Below are positions 29,913 to 41,367 of a stretch of 64,000 bases of DNA, piece by piece (the first letter of the stretch is position 1; every line of letters begins with the position of its first letter). Position numbers and translations under genes: made by a program. Origin of the DNA: Eledone cirrhosa (lineage: Eukaryota); contig OZ024741.1 in assembly GCA_964016885.1 (NCBI GenBank), positions 69,750,001 through 69,814,000 on the forward strand, given 5' to 3'. Below the pieces are notes generated by a model. That model saw only the letters and a program-made list of their open reading frames with translations, ran no database searches and was not told the origin of the DNA.

Positions 29913-30247
29913 ACACCACATTCTCATAGCCACCTCTTGTGTATACACACACACACACACACCAATACAGACACACAACACACACGCACACACCAACACA
30001 CCACATTCTCATAGCCACCTCTTGTGTATACACACACATACACCAATACAGACACACAACACACATGCACACACCAACACACCACATTCTCATAGCCACC
30101 TCTTGTGTATACACACACACACACACACCAATACTGACACACAACACACATGCACACACCAACACACCACATTCTCATAGCCACCTCTTGTGTATACACA
30201 CACACACACCAATACAGACACACAACACACACGCACACACCAACACA
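29913..30247. repeat. Minisatellite, about 80-bp unit x4
   Basis: acaccacattctcatagccacctcttgtgtat(ac)n caatacagacacacaacacac.. repeated four times. Confidence 0.9.
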
Positions 30248-30271
30248 AACCTCATTATGTGACTAGAAACT

Positions 30272-30460
30272 AGGGCGGTGGATTGGCAGTATCGGTAGAG
30301 GGTCGGACTCCATGCTTTGCAGCAAAGAGTTACGGCCCTTTAAGGTCCGAGTTCAAATCCTGCCGAGGTTAACTTTGCCTTTCATCCTTACGGGGTCGAT
30401 AAACTAAAGTACCAGTAATACACTGGTTTAATTGCTGGCCTTGTGCCAAAAGTAGAAACA
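30272..30460 (+). mobile_element. tRNA-derived SINE, full length, 18-bp TSD
   Basis: A-box-like tggcagtatcgg, B-box gttcaaatcc and core gcctttcatccttacggggtcgataaa..agtaccag. TSD attatgtgactagaaact at 30254-30271 and 30461-30478. Confidence 0.9.
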
Positions 30461-31669
30461 ATTATGTGACTAGAAACTTCTGCTATTTCTCCTCTGCCCC
30501 CCCCCCCCCTCTCCGCTGCCTACCCCGCCCCTCCTCCCCTTCACCCAATTATCTCTTATTCTTTATTCTTTCTCTTTTCCAGTTACTGTAAAGCATCTGA
30601 CCATTTCCTCTGCTCCCACCTCACTCTCACACAACAGCCATTGCTTAATGGTCCTCTTACTGACACTTTATATAACCACTTGACCAATGTCTCAACACTA
30701 TCTATCTATGTATGTATGTGTGTATGTATATATATTGGGTCACTCTTGAGTGCTACTGGTAACATGTAACCCAGTACAACCTGTCACATGTTTGGGGACG
30801 TCGGCGACTAAACCGGCAACCCCACCAAGTTTACTTGGTGAGGAGGGTGATTTTGGACACTCTGCAGGACAAAAAACCAAAACCTGACAAAGGACACAAA
30901 GGGCGGAAGAACTCACAAGAATCAACGGCCATCCTAAAGTGTGTAAATATGTATGTACACATGTACCGCGCGGTTAAACCACTGGGAGTGAAGGACCCCT
31001 AGCCTTTGTCAGGACATTCTTCTAGAAGGCAACTCAGGAAACTAGGATAACTCCGATATAAAACCTGCAGCTCAGTAGTTACCAATGATATTGATCTTTT
31101 CTTCTTTTCGGGTTATAGCTACTGTCGCTCAGAGAGTGGGATTGGCTCGGTGCAGAGTCTTTCCTCACTTTAAAAAATATGTTCACGCACAGGCATTGCA
31201 CGATAGAATTAATTAATAATTAATAAGAATGGTATATCGTACAATGGCCATACTCAATAACGAGGGGGCAGCCATCATATATGTATGTATGTATAACTAT
31301 GTATGTATCTGTATGTGTGTATACACACACACACACCAACACAAACCTCATTATGTGACTAGAAACTTCTGCTATTTCTCCTATTAATCCTTTTTGTTCT
31401 TTTGGGGGTTTGTGTTCTTATCAAAATCTGGGACAATCTTGAAACAGCTCAGTGTCAATTGGGACAAATTAGTAAGCTGGACGAGACATTTGGACAAACC
31501 TCTAGTAAACCCACACACATGATTAAGAATGGTTTTCTGAAAAAAAAACTGGAAGAGTTTAGGTTGAAATAAGAAGACATCACCTGAGAGTCACAAACTC
31601 ACACCAGCTGTATGCCGGACAGCTGTACTACCATTACATCAAAGCAGTGTATGTCTGTGTTTATATCAT

Positions 31670-32390
31670 AGGTAGGGAGAAATATGTATGCAGTAGATGT
31701 ACAGGGAAATTAGACAGTAGAAGTCGCATTGATAGACACATTTTTCAGATGCAGGAGGGCACTATAGAAGTGGTGGATAGCTTCCGGTACCTAGGAGATC
31801 AGATTAGCATGGGAGGAGGGTGTTCCGAGGTCATAGTATCTAGAATAAGGACAGGTTGGAAGAAGTTTAGGGAGCTGCTTCCTCTGTTGACGAAGAAGGG
31901 TTTCTCCCTGCGTACGAAAGGCCGGTTGTATGATGCCTGTGTGAGGAGCGCGATGCTGCATGGTAGTGAGACATGGGCAGCAACTGCAGAGGATATGCGA
32001 CGGCTGGAGAGAAATGAGGCAAGCATGCTCCGTTGGATGTGCAGTGTAATTGTGCGCGAACGACCCAGCATAAATGTGTTGAGAGAGAAACTGTGTCTGA
32101 GAGGGATAGAATGTAGTGTGCGAGAGAGGAGACTAAGGTGGTATGGACATCTGATGCGCATGGAGGAGGACCGATGGGTGAAGAAGTGCCAGGAAATGCC
32201 AGTTGAAGGAAGATGTGGTAGAGGTAGACCACGAAAAACATGGGCGGAGGTGGTGAGAACAGACCTCAGATCATTGAAGCTCACGGTGGAGATAACGAAG
32301 GACCGTGACGAGTGGAGAGATGCTGTGCTGAATAAGACCTGTCCTACCCTTGCAAGCAGGGAAAAGCAGACGTAAAATGATGATGATGAT
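31670..32390 (+). mobile_element. 5'-truncated RTE LINE of a second subfamily, with (GAT)n tail
   Basis: ORF 31647-32375 reads YVCSRC..FRYLGD..HGSETW..RLRWYGHLMR..GRGRPRKTW. The stop is directly followed by aatgatgatgatgat. Confidence 0.9.
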
Positions 32391-32612
32391 ATCATCATCA
32401 TCACCATTTTACGTCCGTTCTTCCACGCTAGCATAGGTTAGACGGGTTGTCCTGTTGTGGGCAGTGTCCAGTCGGCTGACCTTATCTTGCTCATACGGGA
32501 ACTGATTCTGGCTTGATTTCTACAGCTGGATGCCCTTCCTAACACCAACCTCATTTACAGTGTGGGCTGTGTGCTTTTTTGCTGTGGCACCTCCACGACC
32601 ACTTTGCAGTGG
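32391..32612 (-). mobile_element. RTE-tail / SINE-like repeat, close relative of 45430-45700
   Basis: aggaagggcatccagctgtagaaa..ccgtctaacc.atgctagcgtggaagaacggacgtaaaa..(GAT)n. Other copies at about 4455-4850, 5950-6220, 6245-6410, 6640-6822, 8431-8645, 8670-8813, 14380-14690, 20690-20845, 25410-25700, 36390-36745 and 48115-48280. Confidence 0.85.
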
Positions 32613-32706
32613 TGGAGAGAAAGTATTGGATCTAGCTGTCGAAACGGCCGGAGCTCAGCCGCCGGGGCCCTGACTCTTTTCCATATATATGCACACGCAC
32701 GCACGC

Positions 32707-32800
<94 letters not shown>

Positions 32801-33169
32801 CTTAGGCTTCTTTGCAGTTTCCATCTACCAAACGTTGCTCCCAAGGTATTGGTCATGTCGTGGCTATAGTAGAAAACACTTGCCCAAGATGCCATGCAGT
32901 GAAACTGAACCCAAAGTATGTGTATGTTTGTATGGGAATGTGTCTGTATGGGTGTGTATATGTGTGTGTGTATGTATGCATGTGCGAGTGTGTGTATGTA
33001 TATATATGTGTGTCTGTGTAAATGTCTGCTTGCCATTAATGTGTTGCTGGAAACAAAAGAAAGTTGTCTGTGTGAAGAAGAAATATAGACATTTGACTTC
33101 ACTTTTTGCCCTTGAGTAAAATAAATTATGTATACATATGTTCTGCATGTGTTTGTATATGTGTGGTCT

Positions 33170-33806
33170 TTAACTAATGATGTATGTATGTGTGTATATG
33201 TGTACAATATACTCACACACATATATTTGTGTGTATATATATATATTTATATATATGTGTGTATATATACATGTGTGTGTGTGTGTGTGCATGTATGTGT
33301 GTATGTATGTATATGTATATGTGTGTGTATGTATATGTGTATGTATATATATATGTGTGTGTATGTATATATATATGGGTATGTATATATATATATATGG
33401 GTATGTGTATGTATATATATATGGGTATGTGTGGGTATGTATATATATATATATGGGTATGTGTATGTATATATATATGGGTATGTGTGTGTATGTATAT
33501 ATATATGGGTATGTGTGTGTATGTATATATATATGTGCATGTGTATATATATATGGGTATGTGTATGTATATATATATATATATGGGTGTGTATGTATAT
33601 ATATATATATGTATGTATATATATGGGTGTGTGTATGTATGTATGTATGTATATATATATATATATATGGGTGTGTGTGTGTATATATATATATATATGG
33701 GTGTGTATATATATATATATGGGTGTGTATATATATATATATGGGTGTGTGTATATATATATATATATATATGGGTGTGTGTATATATATATATATATAT
33801 ATATGG

Positions 33807-33860
<54 letters not shown>

Positions 33861-34030
33861 GTGTGTGTGTATATATATATATATATATGGGTGTGTATAT
33901 ATATATGGGTGTGTATATATATATATATGGGTGTGTGTATATATATATATATATATATGGGTGTGTGTATGTATCTATATATATATATGTATGTGGGTAT
34001 GTGTATATATATGTGTGTGTGTATATGCAT
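33170..34030. repeat. Compound microsatellite with higher-order (AT)n-GG(GT)n units
   Basis: Directly visible. A pure (CA)n tract also lies at about 32712-32797. Confidence 0.95.
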
Positions 34031-35524
34031 ACACAAGCTACAAGTATGTCTCTAGTTTAATGAGTTGTAAAATCCCCCACCATCACCACCTCCACTGTTT
34101 TTTGTAATAATAATTATTGCTATTCTACACAGGAGCACAAACAGACCTGTGATGTGCATGGTTAGGGGAAGAGAAGGAAAAGGCAGCACAAATATGTAGC
34201 TTACATTGCTCCTATTTCCTCATTCACTCAACATGGCCTGACTTGGGGAATGGTTAAAGAAAGTAGAGGGTGCATGGCACATGTAATAGGTGGGGCAGCA
34301 CACTGCTGGAAACTTCTGAATGAAATAATTAATTCATAAGTTTCCAGTGGGATATCATTGTTGTTTAGCCCCTGCCTTGATCTTCATCCAAGCAGATGTA
34401 TAATCAAAGGAGATCCAACCACGATCGCCTGGTTGATATTAAAAATATTTTTTGTTTATTTTAGATATAGCGTATACCCATCTTACACTATATTTAAATG
34501 GCCTTTAAAAGGATATCCCCAGTCCGACCTCTTGTTGTTTTAATCAAATTAATATTTAACATCAGTATGAGTGGCCAGTTATGGCCAGTTTGAACAGAAA
34601 GAGGTGAGAGAATTCTGGCCAGATACAGCCGGTTTAAATGCTAAAGCTTTGAGTGAAACAAATAAGACAAGCTTTGAGTGAAACAAATAAGACATATTAA
34701 GAGAAACAGGCATTGTGTTTTACATTATATAAAATGTATTGTATATGACTAGATATATAGATAGTGTGTAACATTTTCAGACCTTTGGTTTAGAGTGTGT
34801 GTGTGTGTTTTGGTAGAGTGAAAGACATTTTTTGTTCCTTGACAGAAATAATCTTTTCTCCATCCGCACCCCACTTAGTGTGATAATGATGTTAGGTATC
34901 ATTATCGCTGCCACTACTACTGTATAATTATAGTAGACACCAACACCATCACTAATTTCATAATTATAGTAATCTTTCACTCCCATCACCACCATCCTCA
35001 CCAGCACCATCACCACTAATACTTTTATAATTATAGTAGGCACATCACCACCATTATTGTGTGTGAGAAAGTGGAAGAGATAAATAGCTGTTGATCTGAA
35101 CTACCATACCACATTGGTGGTACTGGGTGGAGGAAAAAAATGAAATGAAATTTACAGCTCGCACCTATGCAAGTTTAGTCTCCCATGAAGATGCATCTCA
35201 TTGGAGGTTTCTCAGGTGTTTTAATGATGGTGGAGGAGAAATGATGATGGTGGCAGTGATGGGGTGGCAGAATAGAAAATGATCCATTATAAAGGTGGGA
35301 AGTTTAAAAAAAAGAAAAACAATGAAGCAGAATCAACCATGCTAATGATGGTGAGATTGTAGTTGTGGTAAAAGTGATGAGTATGGATTAGACACAGATA
35401 AAAGCAAAATTAAATGATGTTTTGTCGATGTGTAAAATAGAGGAAAAGGAGGAGGAGGAGAAGAGCAAGGACTCTAGGGCCACAGAAGAAAAGGAAGGGG
35501 AAAGGTGAGAGGGTGATGGGCTCT

Positions 35525-35737
35525 GGCCCTAAGGTGTGGCAATGTTGGGGCTGCACCCTGTGAACAATTGCCAGCGACACCCGCTGCAACAGCCACCCCA
35601 CTTTGCAGGGCTCCTTCCTCAGATGGGCTGCTGACGTTCTGATCTTGTGGAGGAGCTCGGCAGTTCGGGGTCGAGTATGCCTGAGGTCTTGATGGTGACT
35701 GGTGTAAAGAGGAAGTGGGCGGACAATCCCTGGTATT
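35525..35737 (-). mobile_element. CRE-like non-LTR retrotransposon C-terminal relic
   Basis: Minus strand KYQGLSAHFLFTPVTIKTSGIL...WLLQRVSLAIV resembles the KY..F.P...ET.G...W..QR.SLAI.RGN tail of CRE-clade elements. Confidence 0.6.
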
Positions 35738-37002
35738 TGTTTATTTTAAAACATATTGATATATTTAAAACATATTGATATATATGTTTAAAAAGTTATA
35801 GTATTGTTGTTTTTGTTGTTTAGTCCCAGGTCAGCTTATGTTAAGCAGCCCTATAATCATAAATGACCATCCCATCTTTTAGGGTTTCTCAGATGCAGTA
35901 TTAAGCAGCAAATTGGCTATCATCAGAGCATCAGATAGAATACTTTGTAGTATTCATTCTGACTCTCTACACTCAAATCCTAGCATGGTCAACAATGAAG
36001 TCAATAAAAAATTCATTCTGACTCTCTACACTCAAATCCTAGCATGGTCAACAATGCAGTCAATAAAAAAGTACCAGTCCAGTAGTACTGAGTCGATTCT
36101 TCCTTTATATCTCTTTCTCACTTCCTCTCTATCATTCTCTCTATCTTTTTTTTTAAAAGAAATTGGCTGTGTTCAGACATAGAGGGGGACCAGGATTGAC
36201 TTCACAAAGTTTTAAAAAGTACTGAAGACATGTTATGTGTCCATACATACATCTCTATGATTATATTATCCAATATGCCCCTTTTTAAAAGATAGTAGTG
36301 TAACATCAATATAATTGTTGGTTTAAGTGTTAAGTGCACTTGTATATCTCCTAGTTTTGCATTCAATCTCTGGATTAGCATATCTGTATATACTGTAAGT
36401 GGTCGTCTTGGTGCCACAACAATGAGCGCCAAGCCCACACTGTAAAATGGTCATGTAAGTGTCACGATAAAAAGCACCCAGCCCACACAGTAAAGTGGTT
36501 GTGTAGGAGTCATGATAAAAAGCGCCCAGTCTACACTGTAAAGTGGTTGTGTAGGTATCATTACAAAAAATGCCCAGTCCACATTGTAAAGTGGTTGTGT
36601 TGGTGACACAACAAAAAGCACCCAGTCCACACTCTGTCCAGTGTGAGCAAAACATGGTCCTCTAACTGGCTTGTCACGCACCTGATAAAGTTAGCTTTGC
36701 TCATCTAACCCATGAAAAAATGAACGTTAAATGATGATGATGATGACTCTAGTTTATGTAAAACAAGCACTCAACATCACAAGTAACTATAATTAACTAA
36801 TATTAGGATATTCTGGACACAGACAAGAAAATGGAGACAATCTGCCCTTGTAGATTGAATAGAAAGAATGTTTGGTTTGAAATTCCATGAACATTAGATA
36901 TGACAGGTATCTGAAGAAAGTTGCAGGGTGGAATGACTGAATCACGATTATAACGACCAAGATGAGGACAATAAATCATTCTTACTATAAAAGGTAGTTA
37001 GA

Positions 37003-37672
37003 GTGGCGTATTGGCAGTATCAGTAGAGTGCCAGACAACATGTGGCATATAGTTACCTCCCTTTAAGTTCTGAGTTCAAAACCCAACGAAGTTAGCTTTG
37101 CCTTTCATCCTTATGGGAGTCGATAAAATAAAGTACCAGTAATGCACTGGGGTCAATTTAATCAACTTTCCCCCGCCCCAAAAATTGTTGGCCTTGTGCC
37201 TAAATCAGAAAGCACTATTAAAAGGGCAGTGGATTGCAGAATTGGTAGACCATCGGCCATAATACTATGTGCTATTTAGTTGCAACTCTTTTTGTTCTGT
37301 TTTCAAATCCTATTGAGGTCAACCTAACATTTCAACCTTCCAGGGGTCAATAAAATAAAGTACTTGCCCAGTATTTAGGTCAGTTAGCTGACTCTCTTTC
37401 CTCTAAAATAGCTGACCTTGTGTCAATGTTAGAAAGAATTATTATTAATGATTCTGGACTGTGAAGGCGGTGGATTGGCAGTATCGGTAGAGCGTCGGAC
37501 ACCATGCTTTGCAGCATAGTTACATCACTTTACTTTCTGAGTTGAAATCCCACTGTGGCCAACTTTGCCTTTCATTTTTATGGGGTCAATAAAATAATGT
37601 ACCAGTAATGCATTGGGGTTGATTTAATCGACCCCCCCCCCCCAATGTTTGGACATGTTTCAATCAGAAACC
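37003..37672 (+). mobile_element. Three head-to-tail tRNA-SINE copies
   Basis: Head, core and tail motifs recur from about 37003, 37222 and 37464, with different degrees of divergence. Confidence 0.8.
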
Positions 37673-37799
37673 ATTAATGATTCCTGAAGGTGTACTAAAT
37701 ATTTTGCTGCTCTGTAAGCTTGGAAATTAATGTTGAAAGCTTTCTGGTCAGCTTCTTTTGTTTCTCACCCTATTGGGTGGTAAAAATTAATATTTAAAG

Positions 37800-39170
37800 A
37801 TGGCGTCATAGTCCCTACCTTTCATGAACAGATATTTATATTGCTACATAAAAGTCCTGGATTTTGGTTATGCATCTGTTTGTGTTATTTTTATCATTCC
37901 CAAAGTACCTCTTTTTATAGAGATTGTTTCTGTGTCCATCATCCATATTTGGGCTGATTCTATCTTTAGATCACTGCATTTGGATAATTTCTTCATTATT
38001 TTTAGAGATATATTGTTGTCTGTAGAGACTGATACATCAATTAGATGGCATCTATTTTTTCTTTGTGGTCATTGACTAAATTATCTGATCAATTGGCTTT
38101 GATCTGTCTGTCTGAGTGTATTGGCATATCCCACAGTTTGCTTGCTTTGTCATTCTCTGACACCTTTTCCGGTGTACCACCACTTTTCTGTTGGTATTTC
38201 GTTGTGTTGACATAACATCCAAAATATGTAAATTCCAATTCTATCATGTCTGGATTTCTTTTTTAGCTAAGACTTGGCAGCCAAAAACAATGTAGTTAAT
38301 TATTTCTTCTCCAATTTCACATGTTCTGTACTTACTGTGTTCTACTTCATTGGTGGTTTCTTGTGAGAAGGCTTTGATCTTGTGCTGCATTTAAAAATCC
38401 TTCAGTCACAGCTATGAGTCTAGCACATCTTAGACAATATTGGGAATTTTTCTTGTCTACTTCCTCCCTATTTTGCTTTTCCAGTATTAGCCATGTAGGT
38501 TTTTTTTATTTTTCCATCATTTTAGCATAACATTCTGGAGAGATGTTTTCAATTTAGATTTTAGCTTTTTTGCCATTTCTGTTATTGATTCTTCTTCTTT
38601 CATTTCCTTCATAACTATCTGACAATTCAGTTTCTGTTTTGTACTTGTTGGCTTTCTTGAAGACAGAAAACAAATTATAGCTTTGTTATTGCTTTGTAGT
38701 TATTTGTATTAACTTTCCATTATTTTTCATTAGATTTTTTGTAGTCGTACTGTGGATATTTTATAATAGTTTTATAGTTGCATAAGGCGCCCACACCCTA
38801 TTGCTCATGGTAAGTATAATCTTTCTACATCTGATTTTGGGTGGTGTATTCTAAATGTAGTCATTATTTTTCTTGGTTTCTGTTCAATCCTGCTAGTTCA
38901 TTCAGTCTCCAATTAAGAATATTAAAACTCTATCTTAAGTAGTAATTTAATGCATCTATCCTTTCTAAACCTTCCTTTCATCTGTGTGTGTTGTACACTC
39001 TTTAGTTCATTGCTTCCTATTTATTTTTATATCTATGCTTGATCTACTTTTCTTATCTGTTTCTTTATCTAATATGATGTTAGTCTTTTTAATTAGTTTT
39101 CTTCTCTTCAGGGTTGCCTTTGCACCATTTTGTTATCCAAATGTCATAAGTAATTTCTTTTATAAATTCA
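37800..39170 (-). mobile_element. R4/Dong- or NeSL-like non-LTR retrotransposon relic (post-RT region + restriction-like endonuclease)
   Basis: Minus strand gives HHPKSDVERLYLP (about 38810-38850) and LWDMPIH.DRQIKAN...LIDVSV..DNNIS..KLSK..DL (about 37830-38140), heavily degenerate. Confidence 0.7.
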
Positions 39171-39196
39171 TGCAGTCTCTTCAGTAATGTTTCCAG

Positions 39197-39520
39197 TTAT
39201 TATTATTATTAATCTTATTTTTATTGCACTTTGTCACTGCATTACCAAATGCAGTCCTGTGCACCTTGGGTATGTACCATGTAGTTTTTGGTAGTGTTGT
39301 TTCTATTGTATTGAGAGTATTCTTTGTGTGCAATGTATAGTAATACTATTTTTGTATGTGGTATATATTTGTAAGTCCTGGGGTTTTGGTTATGTATCTC
39401 CGTGTGCTTTTTATCATTCTATGAGCATTTATTATTAAAGGTATTGTTTCTGTTTTCATCATTCACATTTTAGTTATTTCTATCTCCAGATCTTCATATT
39501 TGGATAGTTTCTCCATTATT
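39197..39520 (-). mobile_element. Second R4/Dong-like 3' end with (TAA)n tail
   Basis: Minus strand EKLSKYEDLEIEITKM..KTETIPLII, homologous to 37830-38000. A ttattattatt run at about 39197-39212 marks its 3' end. Confidence 0.6.
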
Positions 39521-39619
39521 GTTATTGTTGCTGCTGTTGATTTGATATCTCAGTCATTGATGTTATTTAACCAGAGAATTTGCCCAAATGAACAAGATGA
39601 TACCTGCAGCCTCAGGTAT

Positions 39620-40150
39620 TCAGGACATATCAGAGGGTCCTTGCTATTTCAGTAAGCATGCCTTTTGAAGTGTTCCAAAAAAAAAAGAAAAGGAGAGTGT
39701 GCTAATGTTCTTTAGCCAGGCTTGGCCACTCTTCAAGACAGTACTCCTATGATGATGGGGATGACCTTCATCTCATGACAGTCCTAAATCTTTTCCAGTT
39801 CCCAATTTAGATCCTTTTTCCTTTTCTTGCACACTTGTATTAAAGAAGCAAGCTACATCTATAATCAAGCAAGATCTTTTTTTTTCCTTGTCAAAAACCA
39901 GTAGGTCAGGCCGATTGTGTTCTAATGTTTGTATTCTGAAATCCCACACCTTCACCCAATCGTTTTCTATCACCGGCTCTGGCTTATGCTCATATCACTT
40001 CTCAGATTTCTCAATCTTTTGATAATCAATCTTGTTTCTTCTTCCTTTTCATTCAAACTTTCAATGTCGATATCATCAGTCACCTGATTTTCCACTCTCT
40101 CCACATTTAGTGGTTCATCATTTCTCCCTTATCAGCATTTTAATAGGCTA
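39620..40150 (-). mobile_element. Third R4/NeSL-like endonuclease fragment
   Basis: ORF 39773-39973 reads WDFRIQT.LEHNRPDLLVFDKEKKRSCLIIDVAC..EKEK, the PD..D restriction-like endonuclease motif. Confidence 0.75.
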
Positions 40151-40200
40151 ATTCCTTCTCAGTTGATTCATTTTCATTGTGATCTATGTTCCCCACTTTT

Positions 40201-40392
40201 CACGGTGGATTGGCAGTATCGGTAGAGAGTCGGACACCATGCTTTGCAGCATGGAGTTACAGTCCTTTACAGCCTGAGTTCAAATCCTGCCGAGGTTAAC
40301 TTTGCCTTTCATCCTTACGGGGTCGATAAAATAAAGTACCAGTAATACACTGGGATAATTGTTGGCCTTGTGCCAAAAGTAGAAACAATTAT
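40201..40392 (+). mobile_element. tRNA-SINE just upstream of the C1GALT1 acceptor
   Basis: Near-consensus copy ending agtagaaacaattat about 45 bp before the AG at 40437-40438. Confidence 0.88.
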
Positions 40393-40438
40393 TTTTATTT
40401 ATTTAAAAATAATTTTTTTTTAATTTCATTTTTTTTAG

Positions 40439-41118
40439 GTGAAACCAATTCACTTGCCAAAAGTCTGAAGAAACGGGTTCGAATCTTATGCTGGATAATG
40501 ACTAGCCCCAGCAACATCCGGAAGAAGGCAATACATGTGAATGCAACATGGGGTCAGCGTTGTAACGTATTGTTGTTCATGAGCTCTGCCAAGGAGCCAC
40601 TTAATCTACCAATTGTGAAACTGCCAGTGTTAGAAGGCAGGAATAATTTGTGGGCAAAAACAAAGGAAGCATTTAAGTATGTGTACAAACATCACATGGA
40701 GAATTGTGATTGGTTCTTCAAAGCAGATGATGACACTTACGCTATAATCGAAAACTTGAGGCACATGCTCAGTGAGCATGATCACAATGCACCAATATAT
40801 TTTGGACGAAGGTTTAAGCCATATGTGAAGCAAGGCTACATGAGTGGTGGTGCTGGCTATGTGTTAAGTAGAGAGGCTGTGCGGAGGCTTATTGTGGATG
40901 GACTTAACAACAAGAGTGTCTGCCGTACTGATAATGGTGGACCTGAGGACGTGGAGATAGGAGCCTGCCTTGAGAGGGTTGGTGTCAAAGCCGTGGACTC
41001 ACGGGACTCCATGGGACGAGAACGGTTCCACCCCTTTGTACCAGAGCATCATCTCATACCAAATATTCTTCCGAGTGGGATGTGGTACATGAATTTCAAT
41101 TTCTACCCTGTAAGGCAG
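40439..41118 (+). CDS. C1GALT1: Core-1 beta-1,3-galactosyltransferase (T-synthase, GT31/Fringe-like), catalytic exon
   Basis: T-rich acceptor ttttttag| ending at 40438 and donor cag|gtaggt at 41118/41119. Translation (G)ETNSLAKSLKKRVRILCWIMTSP...ATWGQRCN...LWAKTKEAFKYVY...WFFKADDDTY...YFGRRFKPYVKQGYMSGGAGYVLSREA...EDVEIGACL...DSRD..GRERFHPFVPEHHL matches T-synthase motifs, including the DDD metal-binding motif. Phase-1 start, phase-0 end. Confidence 0.95.
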
Positions 41119-41367
41119 GTAGGTATCATTTTTTTTTCACAATCATATATTCAACAATAAAGATACTCTAAACATTTGAATTGACAAATCTGTTTTTAGA
41201 TATTTTCTACTAAATCATTTGCAGGATGTTAACAATTAACTCTTAATGTTTTGTACCTCATTAAAACACATTAGCAACACATTCTTGAAAAGTATAACAC
41301 AGCATCACGTTAAAAAAGTCTTTAGTCTAATACAGTAAATTTTCACAATAATCTGGTTGCTAGTAAT

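Noticed and set aside
29913-30247. Regularly spaced repeats resembling a CRISPR array (also 50889-51254)
   Set aside because: The spacers are themselves repeated, the context is eukaryotic and there are no cas genes. These are minisatellites.
33128-34107. ORFs of about 300 aa (VCIYIY/HTHIY)
   Set aside because: Open in several frames on both strands only because the dinucleotide repeats lack stops. The same applies to 9986-10567, 29911-30262, 32555-33222, 59674-60080 and 62305-63319.
35952-36070. Exact ~59-bp tandem duplication (similar small ones at about 25022/25138 and 34644-34694)
   Set aside because: Ordinary local duplications in non-coding or repeat sequence, with no further structure.
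41119-41160. Read-through end of ORF 40498-41160 (VGIIFFSQSYIQQ)
   Set aside because: Homology stops at the GT donor and resumes at 45802. The ORF's ATG at 40498 is also internal to the exon.
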